A DNA stretch of 63,705 nt, filler included, from Octopus bimaculoides (GCF_001194135.2; 6 parts of 5 records of this genome joined end to end with filler, not necessarily neighbours in it); one strand, 5' to 3'. Counted from the whole stretch's first letter, positions 37,290 to 48,947 are shown. Translations and numbers: made by a program. The notes: generated by a model not told the origin, from the sequence alone.

Positions 37290-37499
37290 TCTGTCTTCAA
37301 TGGTAACAAATACCAAAACATTGAATAGTAGCTTCATTGCATGATACTTCTCAAACTCAATGAGCAGTAAGAGTTTAAAGTGCACAACCACTTGCAACCT
37401 ACAAAAGGTAATTATGGCTTCCCTGATTCTAAATCTCACTCCAGAAACGATTTCAAGCTTAAAAAGTGTCCAAAGTTATTTAGAATCCTTTCAATGTAT

Positions 37500-38830
37500 T
37501 ATTATAGCATCAATGTGAACCGAAATTTTAACAGCAGTTGACTTTCATTATATCGTTTTTCAACCCAAGGCTACTTTTTTTAATTGGTCTGTTGTCATAT
37601 CTTCTTCACCAGTTCTCAATGTCCAGTAGGCTGTGTGTGTTTTAGAAATAACTACACTTAGTTTGTCAGAGTTTACAAATATTTTATTTAACTACCTCGC
37701 TGAGTTTATAGATGCACATCCGATAAATTAATAATATGAAAGTGGTACTAGAGCACTCTTATTCATTGCATAGTATGAATATCCGTTGGCTGACTCTATT
37801 AGTTAAGGCTTTGAATTAGAAAGAAACAGAGAGATGAGACGCTATCCTAGGAAGGGAAAACGACCGACCTGTACAAATCTTGAAATAACTTTCACTAAGT
37901 TGAATTAGTTCGCCAGAAAGGTTCTAGAATCTTTTTGGCGGAAAAATTTACACACTTATTCTAAACTTGTTGCCACAGCTATGAATAAGTCGGCCAGACT
38001 ATATTCGCGTAGGCATTAATACCTTTTATGGAAATATATTAGCTCGTGATTCTAGACTGGGAAAAGTCTTAGAACTATGATTTGAATCTCAGCCGGGTTC
38101 TCGTTACATTACAGTTAATATAGAAGAGAATAATTTGAAGTCTTTAATAGGTGAGCTCGATTCCTTATGCCAAATATGGGACAGTTTCTTAGTAACGCTA
38201 AAACTCTAGCAGGAAATATTGAAAACTGAAATTAATTTTACAAGAGATAGATGAAAAAGAAGTTCTTTAGCGAAGATAAGAGTAAGGCATATTTATTCTA
38301 TGACCGTGACTAGGTTTAAGGTAGAAAGTCTTTTACGCCATATTTGCTCCAATCATATCCAATATTTCATGACAACTCAATACCGCATCTCATTTCAATA
38401 AATCATTTGGATTCATTTAGAAATATCTCGAAAAGGAAAATGATCAGATTGAGTTCAATGTTAATCAATTGTGTGAAATATGCAACATCGATACAATATC
38501 AATTGATATAGAAGGTGAAATATTCCATTTAAAATCAATATATGAATCAAATATTTCTCAAACCTTGATTCCATCAATTGAATTATTAAACTCACTCAAC
38601 TGTAACTTGAAGTTCTATTCCCAAATATAATTATAACGCTTCCAGTTTCACACACTGAACAGCATTCAGTGTTTTGGTTTCTGTAAAGAATGTTATGAGA
38701 TCAAAGATGCGTCAAAGATAGGTTAGCTAATCTCGAGATATTAGAGGTGGAATCACCCGCTGAAAGTGAACTTTATGACTCCGCAATTGATGCCTTTAAT
38801 AATCGGAAGACTAGAAAACTTCCCTTCTGG
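37500..38830 (+). pseudogene. Decayed hAT transposase (ZMYM1/PRKRIR-like dimerisation domain at the 3' end)
   Basis: About 38615-38830 reads LFPNIIITLPVSHTEQHSVFWFL*RML*DQRCVKDRLANLEILEVE...DSAIDAFNNRKTRKLPF, the hAT C-terminal pattern (LPVS...RL..L..L.IE...ID.F...K.RK). The 5' limit is approximate. Confidence 0.75.
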
Positions 38831-39046
38831 CGTAGGTACGGCTCTGTGGCTATGAAGTTTACTTCGTAACCTCATGGTTTCAGGTCCAGTCGTATGTGCG
38901 GCAGCTAGTCAAGTAGCTTTTATTATAATCCAGGGTCGATTTATGATTTGGGAGTGAATATGGGGGACGGAAACTGTGATGTAGTTCGTCGTGTATGTAA
39001 TGTGTGTCTTTTATCGTTTGTCTTTTAATTGTTTCAGTCATTAGAC

Positions 39047-39558
39047 CAGGAGTCGGGTAAACTTTTTTAACCAATTACCCCAAAATATATTCATTTACGC
39101 CGACGTTACCCCCTTGATTTGAAGGGAAGAAAATCATAGATTATTTGAATTCAAAGGGTTTATTGAATCTATTTATATGTAGAATACAATTATGAATATT
39201 AAAAGTATAAAACAAATGCGATAAAATAAATTCGTATCGTCATTATGAAACAAAGGGATTTTCCTAGAAACTTTTTCACTTTAGGTTTAGATGCCAGAGC
39301 AATTTAGATAGAGTTTTCGGAGTCCAATCGATTACTTACATTTGTTTTTATGTCCATTAGAGTGGAAAAATCCTTGTTTGCAAAGGTAGGTTGTGGCAAA
39401 AAGTAGCAAATTTTGACTACCTGCCAGAAGAAAAATTTCTGTTGTAACAAAGAACACGTTTTTTAGATAATTTTATTTATGTCTAATGAGTCCTCATTAG
39501 CCCAAGAATTTCATTTTTACCCCACTTGGGGTAATTTACCCGTTTTGGCCGACCCTTG
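39047..39558. mobile_element. hAT (Buster/Charlie-type) MITE
   Basis: TIR CAGGAGTCGG / CCGACCCTTG. Imperfect 8-bp TSD CATTAGAC / CATTAAAA with central TA. Confidence 0.7.
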
Positions 39559-39760
39559 CATTAAAATGCAGTCATGCTGGAACACCGCCTTGAAGAATTT
39601 TAGTTGAATGAATTGACCCCAGTACTGAATTTTTTAATCCTGGTACTTATTCTATCTTTCCCTTTTGCCAAACCGCTAAGTTGCGAAGGGACATAAATAC
39701 ACCAACATCGGTGGAGGACAAACAAAAAGAAACGCACACACACATATGAATATATATATA

Positions 39761-40180
39761 TTCATATATAATAGTGGATAAACAATTTAAGTATCTATAC
39801 ACGAAAGAGGTGACCTTTGACAGGACACCTTACATGCTAGAAAGGGGCAGTCAAAGCCCAAACCACGAATAAAAGCAATTTCAAAAGGAATGAAAATAAA
39901 AAATATTTTTGTAGTTACCGTCAGACTCGCGTTTCTCTATCAATGTGCAAATAAAATAACTGACGAAGTACAGATGGCAAATTATTTTATTTACACATTG
40001 ATACAGAAACTGGAGTCTGAGGGTAACTACAAAAATATTTTTTATTTTAATTCCCTTTGAAATTACTTTCATTCGTGGTTTGGGCTTTGACTGCCTTTTC
40101 TAGCATGTAAAGTGTCCTGTCAAAGGTGACCTCCTTTCGTGTATAAATACTTAAATTGTTTATACACGATTATATATGAA
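39761..40180. repeat. Fold-back (palindromic) element with arms of about 200 bp
   Basis: The left arm TTCATATATAATAGTGGATAAACAATTTAAGTATCTATACACGAAAG... is the reverse complement of the right arm across nearly its whole length. The spacer is short. Confidence 0.9.
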
Positions 40181-41099
40181 AACATGTTATCTATTGACTT
40201 TATTACGCATGCTAGCCACCGGTATGAAATTGCTTCTAAATTTTCTACCCTTACTACGTTTATCGTAATTTGAATTTAACATATATATATATATATATAN
40301 NNNNNNNNNNNNNNNNNNNNNNNNNNNNNNNNNNNNNNNNNNNNNNNNNNNNNNNNNNNNNNNNNNNNNNNNNNNNNNNNNNNNNNNNNNNNNNNNNNNN
40401 NNNNNNNNGTGTGTGTGTAAAGTTTGTAGTGTTAGAACAGGTACAAGTCTTTAAACTGCCTGTTAAGACCGTTCGCAAAAAAAAAATGAAGAATCGTTTG
40501 GTTAAATTTAGTTGTAGATTCTCTTCGTCTGAAGAAAAGAAACCGAGACGGTCATAGCCGGAATAATTATTAATTAAAGGTGTTTAATGAATATTGACCG
40601 AAGCTAAATAACAACAGAAACCCTTTCAGGAACTTTGGGCTTTTTTGTTTATTTTGTTTTGTTCGTTTGTTTTTATGGGGAGAATCCAAACAATAGCTTA
40701 TCTATTCATTCTTAATAAATTCTGGTTGATTCGAGCATGATAATCTGATTGCTGTTGCTTTTCGTCATTTGAGAACACCTTCTTTCTTTAGACTAAATGT
40801 GTTCATGACACACGCAATTCACCGATTCACCAGTGTAAAGGAACATTTAGATACCGCAGTGTTTCGACTCAGCTGTGTGTCTCCTCAGTCAGAGCTATAG
40901 AACCAGCAAACGAATTTTTTGCTGATGTATTCTGATGTCTGCCAAGCAGGTAACAATCCATGGGGAACACGCTGAACGGCTAGAAACCAAACAATAATGG
41001 ACCTATTCATTCTTAATACATTCTGGCAAAATCGAACATCATATAAAGGGATGAGATGATCTTCGATAACGAAAAATAACATCGAATCTTCCACAAAAT

Positions 41100-41505
41100 T
41101 TTGGTTTCAAATTTTGGCACAAGGCCAGCAATTTCGAGAAGGGGCTAAGTCGATTACATCGACCCCAGTACTCTAATGGTACTTATTTTATCGATCCCGA
41201 AAGGCAAAATCGACCCCGGCGGAATTTGAACTCTGAATGTAAAGACAGACTAAATACCCGGCGTGCTAACGATTTGTGCCAGCACGCTGCCTCAAAATAT
41301 TGATTTCAAATTTTGGTTCGGGAGTAGGTTTAAGTTAATTACATTGACCCCTGGTGTTCAACCGGTACTCTTTTTATCAAGCCCGAAAGGTTGAAAGGCA
41401 AAGTCGACCACGGCGGAATTTGAAATTAGACTGTAAAGACGGACAAAATGCCGCGAACTATTTTGTCCGGCATGTGCTAACAATTCTGCCAGCTCGCCGC
41501 CTTAA
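41100..41505 (-). mobile_element. Two tandem tRNA-derived SINE copies
   Basis: Two GGCAAA.TCGACC.CGGCGGAATTTGAA cores. Confidence 0.85.
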
Positions 41506-41603
41506 ATCTGCCACAGAATATTAAGAAAGAATAGATACGTTATTGTTTGGTATAGTTTTCTGTTTAAACTTTAATCAAAAACCTTGTTTTATTTTCTCAA
41601 CAG

Positions 41604-41942
41604 ATGGAACGTGCATCACTGACGCTGACGGTGGGAGGCCAACCAAAGACTGATGCTGACGCAAAACCGAAACACAAGGTGGTTTCATACAACTACAGCT
41701 CAGTTGAACGGAGTCGAGAACAGGTGAATTTTACATTCACTATCACGAAATCGCGTGCTCTGTCCAGTGTCGTTGTTTACAGAAACTATGATGACTGTCC
41801 TGAATTCGAGCCCTTGCTATGGCACAAGACGACACTGTTTTACTCGGTTGGTATCAACCCAAAGCAATATATTACAACGGTTGTGATTTATCAAGGGGAA
41901 AAACCGGAAACGTTTGCGAGTAAAGTATTTTGCGACCTTTAA
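41604..41942 (+). CDS. Orphan exon-like ORF (112 aa, beta-rich, one Cys pair), product unknown
   Basis: Starts exactly at strong acceptor ttgttttattttctcaacag|ATG. It is the only stop-free frame and is non-repetitive. Internal donor CAG|gtgaat at 41723 is possible. Confidence 0.45.
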   Translation: MERASLTLTVGGQPKTDADAKPKHKVVSYNYSSVERSREQVNFTFTITKSRALSSVVVYRNYDDCPEFEPLLWHKTTLFYSVGINPKQYITTVVIYQGEKPETFASKVFCDL

Positions 41943-42438
41943 TTTAGCGTGATGTCGTAATTGAATGGTGAAGTGGTGGTGGCGAATAGAGGACAAATTG
42001 TAGAAATGGTGAATAACTTTAGCTTTCGAGAATAATGAATATATGACGCGTGCGTGCGCGTGTGTGTGTGTGTGAATGAAATCTTGTATGAGCATATCGT
42101 GAACTAAAAGATAAAATAAAAGATTTAAAAAATTGTTGATTTCAAACGGAGGTAGAACGCTTCAGAAGTTGCGGACGTGTGTGACTGATTAGATCAACCC
42201 TAATGTTATTCACCAGGTAATTATTTTATCAAAAACCCGGGAAATGAAAACCAAACGTACATTTTGGAAAGGAAAGCACAACAGAACGAAATAACTAAAT
42301 TAATTACAGAACGTGCCCAGTTTTATAAAATATAACAGACACATTACCACGGATGTACACGCATTTTGCAATCGTTTCTAAATACCATTTAAAAAATAAT
42401 TTCAACGTTTACGAATTTTATGAAAGACATTTTATTCA

Positions 42439-42517
<79 letters not shown>

Positions 42518-43639
42518 TCATTATTACTGTAGTTGATGTCAAAGTGTTTACTGTCGTTGTTGTTATTCTCAAGGTAACGATGAATTTAAATGTCATTAAA
42601 TGTTTGGAAGATATTGACTACAGTGAGATTTGTTTTTGTTCTTATTCTTATTTTTATTCTTTTGGTAGCTGTACTCTAGCATGGCCAAACCCTATTAGGT
42701 GGAAGTCGTGAAAAAAGAGTAATAATAACAGGAAAAAAAACTGATTGCAGTTTATTATTGTTGCTTTCCTTTGTTGTGTTTGATTTTATAAATATTGGTT
42801 TCAAATTTTGGCACAAGGCCAGCAAGATCGGAGCCGAGATTAAGTCGATAAAATCGATCCATCAGTGCTCAACTGGTATCTATTTTATCGACCCCGAAAA
42901 GATGAAAGGCAAAGTCGACCTCGGTGACATTTGAATTCAGAACGTTAAGACGGACGAAATGCCGCTAAGCATTTTATCCCGTGTGCTAATGATTCTGCCA
43001 GCTCACCACCCTAATCTGATTATATAAATAACACCTTTTATCATTCACTTGTTTTAGTCATTTAGCTACGGTCATGCTGGGGCCCCGCCTTGAAGGACTT
43101 ATCCGAACAAATCGACCTCAATATTTAATGGGGGGTATGTTTTCTTAAGTCGGGTTCCTTTGCCGAAGTGCTAAGTTACGGGTACAAAAACCAACACTAG
43201 TTGTTAAGCTATGAGGAGGAAAAACACAAATACACACACGTACGACGGTCTTCCACACAGTTTCTGTTTACCAAGTTTACTCACAAGATATTGGTCGGTC
43301 CGACGCTATAGTAGAAGAGGCTTAACAAATATGCCACGTAGTAAACTGAACCCAAAACGACATGGTTGCAGAACTATTTTCTTAACCGCGGAGCCATGCT
43401 TATGCCTATAAAATTTTCCAAAATCCACGATGTTTTTTTTTTTATATATTTTGAGTCAGAAACAATAAGTTCTTAAACTGATGGTATTTTCGAAAGAGCA
43501 TGCTACAAAGAATGCATCAATTCGTATTGATGCATTACAATTGTAGGCCAACTTTTACAGAACTAGTCCATGTTGATTTGGTTTCAGTTGTTGATCATTT
43601 ATTTCATAAATTATGTTAAGTCATCACAGTCCAAACAAC

Positions 43640-43923
43640 GGTGACCGGTAATAGTCGCGGGAAGAAAATCACAGTAATAAAGTCACAATTTTGGCTAGGA
43701 AAAAAAGTCACAATTAATTTATGGAATCCGGACAAAACCCCACTACGACAAAACCCCACTACGACAAAACCCCCCTACGACAAAACCCACTCAGACAACC
43801 CCAACCCGGACAAAACCCCTGTTTTTTTTTTCCTATTTTTCCTGTAACCTTTTTTCCCTGACTTTTTTTCCTGTAACTTTTTTTCCCTGACTTTTTTTCC
43901 TGTGACATTTTTACCGGGATTCC
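43640..43923. mobile_element. Non-autonomous DNA element with repetitive inverted arms (MULE/Foldback-like)
   Basis: Left CCGGTAATAGTCGCGGGAAG..AAAAAAGTCACA mirrors right (TTTTTCCYTGTRAC)n..TTTTTACCGGGA. Internal 15-bp tandem GACAAAACCCCACTAC. Confidence 0.55.
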
Positions 43924-44092
43924 ATGCAACAATTTCCTCCTGGCATATATATTTATATATAAGATTGTTACNNNNNNNNNNNNNNNNNNNNNNNNNNNNN
44001 NNNNNNNNNNNNNNNNNNNNNNNNNNNNNNNNNNNNNNNNNNNNNNNNNNNNNNNNNNNNNNNNNNNNNNNNNNNNNNNNNNNNNNNNNNNN

Positions 44093-44171
<79 letters not shown>

Positions 44172-45854
44172 CTGTGTCTGTGCCTGTGTCTGTGTCTGTG
44201 TCTGTGCGCGCGCGTAAAGGCGAACTTTGGGTTAGTTAAAATGTTTTAAATTCTAAAGACAAATTCACTGTAGTTACTATGAAGAAAAAACTCTCTCGGC
44301 AAAATGTGTAAAAACACCATATTTGCACAATGTTGCCCTCAATCGGATTCTCAGATACATCGTTTCTGGTTATTTAGCATTCCTCAATGGAGAATACCGA
44401 AATGAGGTAACTCAGGACAATATTGACTGAGTTGCGCTATTGGACCGCCTCGTCGGTAGAAATTCAGCAGTATCAGTCCCAAGCAATGTTTAAGCATAAG
44501 CAAACTTTATGTTAGTTGACATATTTCAACTTCTAAAGGCAAGTTCACTGCAGTTGCCATGGAGAAAAAATTCTCTCTTATGGTAAAATGTGTGTGTGCG
44601 TGTGTTCGTATTCATCCCCCGTCACCGCTTGACAACTGGTGTAGATTTGTTCACGTCCCTGTAGTTCGACAGAAAAGACTGACTGAATAAGTACCAGACA
44701 TTAAAAAAAATAAGTACTAATGTCGATTTCTTCGACTAAAACCCTTCAAGTCCAATGATTGAAAGAAATAGAATATTAAAAACTATCAAAAAAATGTCAC
44801 TAGTTAATCGGGTACTTTTTGGTTATCTCACCCCCATTAAAAAATTGCCGTTAAAAAATTGGGTTATCTCCCCACTAAAATATTGAGTTTATGTGGTGAC
44901 AAGAGATTGAATTAAAAGGGTTAGATCCTTTTGATTCAATACTACAACACATTGTTGACTTTTGGCCTCCTCAATAGACATGGTATGATTTGTTATAAAA
45001 TGTTATTAGATTCAATAAGATGTTTAATTTTTTCAGTTTTCATGTTTATCTGGCTACCCGTTGGCCTTTGTATATCTTCTTTCCAGTACGTCCTGAGAGA
45101 TGAAACTGCTTGAAATTACTGCTGTCTTTTAATTTGATTTCAAATTTTGACACAAGGCTAGCAATTTTGTAGGGAGGGGATAAATATATTATAGCGACCC
45201 CAGTGTTCAACTGGTACTTATTTTATTTACCCCGAAAGGATGAAAGGTAAAATTCAACTCAGCAGAATTTTAACTCAAAACGTAAAGATGGACAAAACGC
45301 CGTCAAGCTTTTTGCCCGGCACACTAACGTTTCTTATTTCCTTACTGCCCACAAGGGGCTACACACAGATGGGACGAACAAGGTCAGACAAACGGATTAA
45401 GTCGATTATATCGACCCCAGTGCGTAACGGGGACTTATTTAATCGACCCCGAAAGGATGAAAGGCAAGGTCGACTTCGACGGAATTTGAACTCAGAACGT
45501 AGCAGCAGATTCCAGTTCCACTGACACAGCGTAATCTTGACGTAATTTTAAGGCACAATCAACGCGTCAGTATGTCCAAGGGTGGATTTTTTTAATTACT
45601 GGTTCCAGGCTACCTGATAGGCTTCTACAGATTCCTTCAATACACTTTCATTCACAGGGTTTAGATTGACTCGAGATTATGTGAACGCACATTTGACCAA
45701 AAAAGCCATGCTATGAGACCGAATGCGGGGCCCCATGGTTGCGAAGCAGACTTCTTAGCCACTCGCCCTAGCCTGCATTTATTTTAAACACACACACAAA
45801 ACACACACAGACATGCACACACACACACACACATACACATGTATATGTGTGTGT

Positions 45855-45907
<53 letters not shown>

Positions 45908-46129
45908 AAGTATGGGGATTTAGTTCCCAAGTGATCTAAACGATTAAGTACGCTAGGTAAGTGCCGTAACGGATTGCTAGGGCTCCAAGGTTATAGCCGA
46001 GATGGTGGTTATGGAGCAATTGCAGTTTTCTGATGCAGCGGATATATAATTGTTAAACAGGTCAGTAAACATTAAGGCAAGGCAAACATCTCAAGTCGTA
46101 TACAATATCATTATAGGAAGAAATTCAAA

Positions 46130-46185
46130 ATCTTACAACTGTTTCTGGGATATCCCTGAGTATGGGATATTCCGTCATCAGAGAC
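46130..46185 (-). ncRNA. Type I hammerhead ribozyme motif
   Basis: Minus strand: GTCT CTGATGA CGGAATATCCC ATACTCA GGGATATCCCA GAAAC AGTT GT A AGAT. Stem II 9/11 bp, stem III ACA/TGT, GTA triplet, 4-bp stem I. Confidence 0.7.
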
Positions 46186-46330
46186 AAATAGGGGGGAAAA
46201 TAGGGAAAATGAGAATGGTATATATTAATGAGATGACGACATAGAGGAAGGAAGTAAAAGAATAAGGAGATGGAAAGAAAGAAGAAAAAAGAAGCATAAA
46301 AGTTCATAGTTCAACTTTCCGAAGTTATAG

Positions 46331-47265
46331 AAGCCAGAGCATGAGTCATTATATACCAATGCCGCCGCCACCCCCACCATCGCCAACACCAACACCAGCA
46401 GCACCGGCTCCAACAACACTAATATCGACGACAGCGGTGGTAACAACAACAACAACATCAGTAGCAACAACAGCAGCAACAGTAACAACAAGTGTAGCAC
46501 CGGCAACATACGCAGGTGCGACAACATTACCGATGCCACCACCACCTCCAGCAGCACCAACACCAGCAGCCCCAGCTCCAGCATCAACAGCAACAACAAC
46601 AGCAACAGCAACAGCAACAGGTGCAGCACCGACATCGCGCGCCTACGGGAATACCTTGGATGTACTGGGAATTCTTCCAAGCAACGCATTGCCAACTATA
46701 AATCCTTCTCCAAGGTCCCGGAGAGGAGATATGTAACATCGCTTGCCAGCCACGTCTGGCAACTAAGAGGCGGCAGAATCCCACACTCGATCTTATGAAA
46801 GATCCTCGAAAACCCAGGCCCCTACATCAACGGGACGAAGCGCTGCAAGTTATGTATAGCTGAATGCTCGAGAATCCTAAAAGACTTGCACGAGCCAGGG
46901 AGCATCCTTAACTCCAGAACGGAGATTTTCGGGCCATGTTTGCTCTTTTGGAAATTCCTGCTGGCATTTTGGAATCCGCAAGATGGCAGTACAGCCAGAA
47001 GTCGATAGCCAAGGGCAACGGGAGATAATCCCCTATTGAAAAACTTCGTAGCATTTTGGAGACGGCAAGATGGCGGCATAGCCGGAAGTCGATAGTCGAT
47101 GGCCAATGGCAAATGGAGATAATCTCCTTGTTTACATTCATAACGAGGCCTTTCCCCACTCCATATTTTGAAGAGGTCTTAGACCAACAGGTCTTGGGGT
47201 CTGACGATACACCATAAAGTTAAACCCTTTATGGACGGGAAACCCAGGGTAATCCCATAAACCGG
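46331..47265 (+). mobile_element. Penelope-like element: GIY-YIG endonuclease 3' part plus pLTR
   Basis: EYLGCTGNSSKQRIANYKSF...TSLASHVWQL...PYINGTKRCKLCIAE...ILNSRTEIFGPC with one internal stop. Two tandem units of about 88 bp at 46978 and 47066. Hammerhead at the 3' end. Confidence 0.85.
47190..47263 (+). ncRNA. Type I minimal hammerhead ribozyme motif in a PLE pLTR
   Basis: TGGGGT CTGACGA TACA CCATAAAG TTAAACC CTTTATGG ACGG GAAA CCC A GGG T A ATCCCA. Stem I 6 bp, stem II 8 bp with a mismatched base, palindromic stem III. Confidence 0.7.
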
Positions 47266-47829
47266 CCTTCCCCAGTAAAAAATTATACTGATCTACATCT
47301 TAGAGTGTACTTCTTCTCCGGATTTATGTTTTCTGCAAACGATATATATATGAACGACAAATTAAGTAAAGCATAAGTTGGGAGGTATGAGATGGATATA
47401 TGTCTTTCACCAGTTGATATCCATAAGGTGACAGCCGTTTTGCAGACAACATCATGCAAAAATAATTTATTTTCGTGTATAATAAACCATTTCTTTATAT
47501 TCTATTGTATATATTATATACAATAACTTTCAAAGATTGGATTTACTGAATTTCAACTGCTTAGGACCCTACATTATAATCCTACGTATTAGTTTACCAT
47601 GTGGTATGTAGCCGGGTTCACTAAAGGAGCTTTTTGTGATTAGCACTGGATTATATAAATCCGTATATTGTACATTAAATTTATAAAGGACTAATAGATA
47701 TCTGCATATGAAACTGTCCACACGTTAACAGTGATCTAAGGTTGAAAAGGAAAAACGAAGGGCTATATCGAGGAACATAGACTTCCAAAATGAAGGAAAC
47801 ATTTCGGAGAAGAGAAACATTTCTGACAG

Positions 47830-48146
47830 TAACGGAAATAGATTTTCGAAATAACAGCGAAAACACCTAAAGCTCCACGAGGCTCCGGCAGGGGATGATG
47901 GCGAACCCTGCTGTACTCTTTCACCACAACTTTCTCTCACTCTTTCTTTCTGTTTCTGTTGTACCTGTAATTCAAAGGGCCAGCTTTGTCACACTGTGTC
48001 ACGCTGAATATCTCCGAGAACTACGTTAAGGGTACACGTGTCTGGGGAGTGCTCAGCCACTTGCACGTTACTTTCACGAGCAGGCTGTTCCGTTGATCGG
48101 ATCAACTGGAACCCTCGACGTCGTAAGCGACTGAGTGCCAACAACA
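47830..48146 (+). mobile_element. SINE (family with AGCGAAAACACCTAAAG / TTCAAAGGGCCAG segments)
   Basis: Related to 54345-54650 (tRNA-like head with A and B boxes) and 57070-57385 (minus). Confidence 0.7.
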
Positions 48147-48194
48147 TGTATGTATGTATGTATGTATGTATTATGTACGTATGTATGTATGTAT

Positions 48195-48599
48195 GTTTCT
48201 TCTATTTTTTAATTATTATAAATCTTCCAATGAGGATGGAGCAGGTTTCCAACAAAGAGACACAGCTCCATCTTTTACATTTGGAACTTGAGCAAAATCT
48301 TGCATATTTTTACTGTTCCACTCACAGATTGGATTTGTAATGTACGAATCAGCCGGTCGATTTCTCTTTCTGAAAATTCCAGTTTATCCAGATTCTCCTT
48401 TAAGCATTTACTAACAAAACCTAGTGCTCCAATTATTATTGGTATGAATATGAATTCATAGTCTGGATATAGAAGTTGGAGGTTTCGAAACAGTTGACCA
48501 TAAATATCTTCTTTTTCTTTGATTTTCAAAGAGATATTTATATCTACAGGGCAGTTGACCTCTATGACGGTACATACTTTTGTCCACCCCACCCCCATA

Positions 48600-48630
<31 letters not shown>

Positions 48631-48905
48631 TCCCTTCTGTTTTTAAGTATTTAATTTCTTCCTCTACAGAAGGAGCTGGTTTCGAACAAAAATACAAAGC
48701 TCTAACGTTGGAATTTAGATAGTATAAACAATGTTACATTTTAAACTTGAGAAAGTTCTTACATATTTTTACTGCTCCACTTACAGACTGTATATGTAAT
48801 ATGCAAGTTAGTTGGTTGATTTCTTTTTCTGAAAACCTCGCTGGAGGTTTTGAAACAGTTGTCCATAGTTATCCTCTTTCTCTTTGATTTTCAAAGAGAT
48901 ATTCA
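48195..48905 (-). mobile_element. Two tandem 3' ends of an RLE-encoding non-LTR retrotransposon (R4/Dong- or NeSL/HERO-like)
   Basis: CTVIEVNCPVDINISLKIKEKEDIYGQL...FIPIIIGALG...LQIQSVSGTVKICK is the restriction-like endonuclease tail (D..KxxKY...PIxIGALG). The second copy at 48632-48905 has an internal deletion. Both 3' ends run into (ATAC)n. Confidence 0.85.
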
Positions 48906-48908
48906 CAT

Positions 48909-48947
<39 letters not shown>

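Noticed and set aside
37070-37439. Poly-Ala/Val/Thr/Cys/Tyr ORFs
   Set aside because: Produced by the (CAG)n/(TAG)n tract. The flanking frames contain stops and show no coherent exon.
43720-43905. Short regularly repeated units resembling a CRISPR array
   Set aside because: Units are adjacent with no unique spacers, the context is eukaryotic, and there are no cas genes.
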